IMG/VR virus record: IMGVR_UViG_3300005512_000105
Span: 1 to 38,925 of that record
DNA from: a virus
Taxonomy: Duplodnaviria > Caudoviricetes
Length of the DNA stretch: 38,925 nt
Direction: 5' to 3' (one strand)
Under the pieces are notes generated by a model that worked only from the letters and a program-made list of their open reading frames with translations, was not told where the DNA came from and made no database searches. The translations under genes and the position numbers were made by a program. This document shows positions 35,638-38,925 of the stretch, piece after piece; position 1 is the first letter of the stretch, and the number at the start of each line of letters is the position of its first letter.

Positions 35638-36803
35638 AGTATATTCTTACAATCTTAATCCTAATCACTCCACATTTTGCGTTGTCGTCCGAACTGGCAA
35701 AGCTTGCGGATGAACTCAAAGAACTGACAACGCTTTCCGCCAGAGTGGAGGCGCTGGAGAAAGCCAAACCGCCGGAAATTAAGCAAAGCCCTTATGTGTT
35801 CCGTTTGCGCGACACGAACGGCGATGGTGACATCGATGAAGAATGGCGAGAGGTAATCAATCAAGGGCAAGCACTCCAAGCGAAAGTATGGGCCGAGAAA
35901 GAAAAATATTGGTCGGATCGCCTCGGAACTCCTCCGGCGGGTGACGTGGGATGGTACGGCACAAGCACAATGCCAACTATTCAAATTATCCTTGAGGATG
36001 GCGAATACTTCGCGCATGACACCTTAACGCTTCCGGGGAGGTTTCACCTCAAGAGTCAGGCACGATGGGGTTCAATGATCCGGATGTATGGCGACGGAAC
36101 CAGAACGCTTGTCGATGACATTGCTTACGGCATAGCAACCAATGCGAAAATCGGTCTTTACGTTGAACCGAAAACGATTGTGCAAACCGCAAACGGAACA
36201 ATGATTGTAACGCCATTTGAGCAGACAATTGAAGGCGTGATCCTTGTTGCGATGAACGGTGTTTTGCCTGTTTACCTAGCACAAAATCAAGACCGCTTCC
36301 TGATGCGAGATTGTAACTTGCAACAGCACCAAGGCGCGGTTATTGGCATTAAGCACGGTCCACCGTTGCAAGGGCGGAATTACCCGTTCGAAGGCGTGAC
36401 GCAAGCGCTCGAAGGAAACACTTACCTTGCAGATCCGAGGATTCTTGATTGCCAGCTTGAAGGCCCGCACACAGGGACGCGCAAGCAGGCGGCAATCTTC
36501 ATGTCAGGAAATAACATGATGTTTTCGCGGCTTAACTTTTACGGGTGGACAATGGGCATCCTTTGCCACGGCGGGCAAGGCAGAGTTATTAACTCAATCA
36601 CAATGCACGACGGAACCACGGCAGACGGCAGGCAGTTTACCGCCAAGGACAACATTCTTGCTGTTGCGCTATCAACGCGGCCTGGGGCCAACGAAGATTC
36701 AGTTTCAGGTGTCGCAGGAGGGTTCAAGGTTTGGGTGCTTCCGAAACGGTCGCCAGCGCCAGCGACGGCTGGGTGGTTCGTCAAAGGGGAGGGGTTGCTA
36801 TGA
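35634..36803 (+). CDS. signal-peptide protein with coiled coil, Dx[DN]xDG loop and putative right-handed beta-helix
   Basis: MKYILTILILITPHFALS signal, LAKLADELKELTTLSARVEALEK, DTNGDGDIDE, IILEDGEYFAHDTLTLP (pectate-lyase-like entry motif). Confidence 0.65.
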   Translation: MKYILTILILITPHFALSSELAKLADELKELTTLSARVEALEKAKPPEIKQSPYVFRLRDTNGDGDIDEEWREVINQGQALQAKVWAEKEKYWSDRLGTPPAGDVGWYGTSTMPTIQIILEDGEYFAHDTLTLPGRFHLKSQARWGSMIRMYGDGTRTLVDDIAYGIATNAKIGLYVEPKTIVQTANGTMIVTPFEQTIEGVILVAMNGVLPVYLAQNQDRFLMRDCNLQQHQGAVIGIKHGPPLQGRNYPFEGVTQALEGNTYLADPRILDCQLEGPHTGTRKQAAIFMSGNNMMFSRLNFYGWTMGILCHGGQGRVINSITMHDGTTADGRQFTAKDNILAVALSTRPGANEDSVSGVAGGFKVWVLPKRSPAPATAGWFVKGEGLL

Positions 36804-36979
36804 GAACTTTTGAACAATGGTGGGATCATGTCGGGAGCGGAATCATCCCGAGGGCAAACGATGATTTTGAGTCGCATGCACAACGTGTTGCAAAAAGGTG
36901 TTTCCAAGATTTTGAAATGCAAAAGGAGTTAGATCAAGAACACCACAATGAGCATAAGGAATGGAGGGAATGCCTATGA
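36800..36979 (+). CDS. hypothetical protein (MRTFEQWW...)
   Basis: GGAGG SD, ATGA overlaps. Confidence 0.65.
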   Translation: MRTFEQWWDHVGSGIIPRANDDFESHAQRVAKRCFQDFEMQKELDQEHHNEHKEWRECL

Positions 36980-37206
36980 AGACACATTACTACGTCATAC
37001 TAGCGAGACCACAAGGAAGTCAGACTTGGACACCACTCCCAATACCTTGGATACATAACGCAGCAGGCAATTTTTTCGCGTCCGAACAAAAAGCCAACGA
37101 GTGGCTGGAGGGCATGCCAGAGAACATGCGAACCACATTCCTGCCCGGGCCAGGGAAAAGAGTCTTGCGGGAATTCAAAATTGGAAAGGTGGTGACTGAT
37201 GAGTGA
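36976..37206 (+). CDS. hypothetical protein
   Basis: GGAGG SD, ATGA overlap. Confidence 0.65.
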   Translation: MKTHYYVILARPQGSQTWTPLPIPWIHNAAGNFFASEQKANEWLEGMPENMRTTFLPGPGKRVLREFKIGKVVTDE

Positions 37207-37849
37207 TTTACCAACAAAGCCAGGCCCGTATTACTGGCGCGAGAAAGACGGTGATGGGTGGGAACCTGTGATTGTGATTCACCACAACGACCCGTTTATG
37301 GAGCCGACAGTCAAGTTTGTCCTCAACGATTTCGAGAACGATTTGAAAGCAATGGAGGGCCAATGGCTCCCAATCCCCAACGCCGAGGAGCTGATGGAGT
37401 TGCAAGCCTGCAAAATCGAGCTGCAAAATATCGTTAAGGCAAACGCCAAAGAATGGGGAATGCCAAACGACGAATTCATGCATGAGTTTAAGGCTTGGGC
37501 AGTAAATAGGGCAAAGCATGTGTTAGGCATGCACACACCAAGAGAAAAACTTATCGAGAACATTGTAGACATTGTTCACGCGACGCACGGCACGCCGAAC
37601 GATGAAACGATGGTGCATTTCGAGAGGTTGTTGGTAGCAACCCTGAAAACACACTACGCCATAGGCAGGTGGGTCAGCGTGGAGGAGCGGTTGCCACCTT
37701 GCGAAAAGGGGCTTGTGTTTGTCAGATATACAAACGGCAGCACCGTTTTTACCGTTTACAATTATATTGTCCAAGAATGGGATTACGCAATCCGAGGCGA
37801 GTCCGTTGCTCACTGGCTCGATTTGTCTATGCCGGAGGTGGAAGGATGA
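37199..37849 (+). CDS. mosaic hypothetical protein with C-terminal DUF551-like domain
   Basis: LPTKPGPYYWR N-terminal module, WVSVEERLP...VAHWL...P. Confidence 0.75.
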   Translation: MSDLPTKPGPYYWREKDGDGWEPVIVIHHNDPFMEPTVKFVLNDFENDLKAMEGQWLPIPNAEELMELQACKIELQNIVKANAKEWGMPNDEFMHEFKAWAVNRAKHVLGMHTPREKLIENIVDIVHATHGTPNDETMVHFERLLVATLKTHYAIGRWVSVEERLPPCEKGLVFVRYTNGSTVFTVYNYIVQEWDYAIRGESVAHWLDLSMPEVEG

Positions 37850-38121
37850 GCATGAGCGATAACAAACCACCAATGACGGTGTGGATTGGGCCTAACCAAG
37901 CATCACCCACCATGAACAACGCAGGTGAACAGTTTGGGCACTACCGAACCGTGCGTAGAGGTCTGCTTATACAGTCAGGCCCATACGTCCATCTTGACCA
38001 GTTCTTGGCAGAAGTGGAATACCGAGCGGACCCTAAACGGTTTCCGTCAGCAACTAACAGTTCTGAGGCCACCGGACTGGCGTTGTACGAACTCGCCAAA
38101 GAACTGAAGGAACAACAATAA
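37846..38121 (+). CDS. hypothetical protein
   Basis: GGAGG SD, ATGA overlap. Start reassigned to 37846. Confidence 0.65.
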   Translation: MSMSDNKPPMTVWIGPNQASPTMNNAGEQFGHYRTVRRGLLIQSGPYVHLDQFLAEVEYRADPKRFPSATNSSEATGLALYELAKELKEQQ

Positions 38122-38125
38122 ATTT

Positions 38126-38204
38126 CGGGAGTTGGTGTAAACTTGCGAGCACAGAGGGTCGCCCCCTCAAGAGATTGGCTTAATCGTCCTGTCACTCCTG
38201 ACCA
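38126..38204 (+). ncRNA. degenerate tRNA-like element ending in ACCA
   Basis: Acceptor CGGGAGT/ACTCCTG plus ACCA, D stem GTGT/GCAC, anticodon stem GAGGG/CCCTC with a 5-nt loop, irregular T arm. Confidence 0.6.
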
Positions 38205-38222
38205 ATTTAGAAAGATAAGATT

Positions 38223-38438
38223 ATGACACGGATTTACATAGACAAGAAAGCGATCGAGCGCATCAAGGCAGGAGGCAGACATGAACCTTGCATTGTGATT
38301 GCTGATGATGACTGCGGCAAAGTCACACACGCACACACGGCAAGGGTGAAAGGTGAAACGCGATTCGTTCACGATCACAGCAGGACAGAAGGCCCAACCG
38401 TATGGGCTGAAACCAATGACCCGGTTGTCTACCGATGA
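38223..38438 (+). CDS. hypothetical phage protein (71 aa)
   Basis: TRIYID...EPCIVI...VWAET. ATGA overlap downstream. Confidence 0.7.
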   Translation: MTRIYIDKKAIERIKAGGRHEPCIVIADDDCGKVTHAHTARVKGETRFVHDHSRTEGPTVWAETNDPVVYR

Positions 38439-38770
38439 TTTGCGAATCCTGCAACGGTTACGGATACCGCGGCTCCGTTCCATGCATAACGTGCGGCGGA
38501 TGGGGCTACAACTGGGAAGACGAAGAAGAATATGGCATCAAGACCAATGCGACCATGCAGCAAACTGGGGTGCTTCCTTGCAGTAAGGAGGCAAGGAGAA
38601 TGTCCGCCGAACTGCTCAACGCCACGCACAGCAGACGCGCACCGAGGCGGAAGCACATCAAGAGGCTACGGAAGCAGATGGCAACGAAGGAGGGCGGCAG
38701 TGCTTCGAGAGGAGCCGCTTTGCCGGCATTGCCTGGAGCGAGGAATCACCACCGAGGCAACAGAGGTTGA
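38435..38770 (+). CDS. DnaJ-type zinc-finger peptide whose C-terminal part overlaps the HNH gene
   Basis: CESCNGYG...CITCGGWG. ATGA coupling. Confidence 0.5.
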   Translation: MICESCNGYGYRGSVPCITCGGWGYNWEDEEEYGIKTNATMQQTGVLPCSKEARRMSAELLNATHSRRAPRRKHIKRLRKQMATKEGGSASRGAALPALPGARNHHRGNRG

Positions 38771-38925
38771 CCACATCACGCCCAGAGCGCGCGGGGGATC
38801 AGAGTTACGCAGGAACCTTCAGGCGCTTTGCAAGCCCTGCCACAGCCGCAAGACGGCGCGTGAAGACGGTGGATTCGGGCGAATGGGGGGGCGGGTCAAA
38901 TCGCTGCAACCTCCCGCAGCTAGAC
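38532..38925 (+). CDS. HNH endonuclease (HK97 gp74-like packaging cofactor), 3'-open
   Basis: Hand-translated: RGYGSRWQ...EPLCRHC...VDHITP...GGS....NLQALCKPCHSRKTAREDGGFG. No stop before the window end, so it is absent from the ORF track. Confidence 0.92.
   Translation, partial: MASRPMRPCSKLGCFLAVRRQGECPPNCSTPRTADAHRGGSTSRGYGSRWQRRRAAVLREEPLCRHCLERGITTEATEVDHITPRARGGSELRRNLQALCKPCHSRKTAREDGGFGRMGGRVKSLQPPAAR

Noticed and set aside
450-38656. Numerous minus-strand ORFs (e.g. 22529-23149, 31811-32470, 37941-38483)
   Set aside because: They shadow well-supported, tightly coupled plus-strand genes and show no recognisable motifs.

Overview
The window reads as an essentially complete, linear ~38.9 kb HK97-like siphophage genome with every credible gene on the + strand. 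Gene order: terS, terL, small HTH gene, portal, prohead protease, major capsid, head-tail joining genes, tail tube, chaperones with a verifiable -1 frameshift, tape measure, tail tip, two tail fibres, glycosyltransferase, then an intrinsic terminator. Two sigma70-type promoters follow, driving early unknown genes, then a RecT-like annealase, Cas4-like nuclease, SSB-like protein, SF2 helicase, MazG, RusA, primase-helicase, an iteron origin, a phosphoesterase, accessory genes and a packaging HNH nuclease that runs off the right end. I recognise no integrase, CI-type repressor, DNA polymerase or canonical endolysin. Most notable: (1) a scattered candidate lysis system with no obvious endolysin (u-spanin-like lipoprotein, holin-like gene, signal-peptide beta-helix protein); (2) a 79-nt degenerate tRNA-like RNA ending in ACCA; (3) an HNH ORF whose stop codon must lie across the probable cos junction; (4) a glycosyltransferase coupled to Ser/Thr-rich fibres; (5) an Ala-repeat gene flanked by exact 16-bp direct repeats; (6) probable leaderless early transcripts. 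All product calls rest on motifs recognised by eye plus synteny. No database searches were run.
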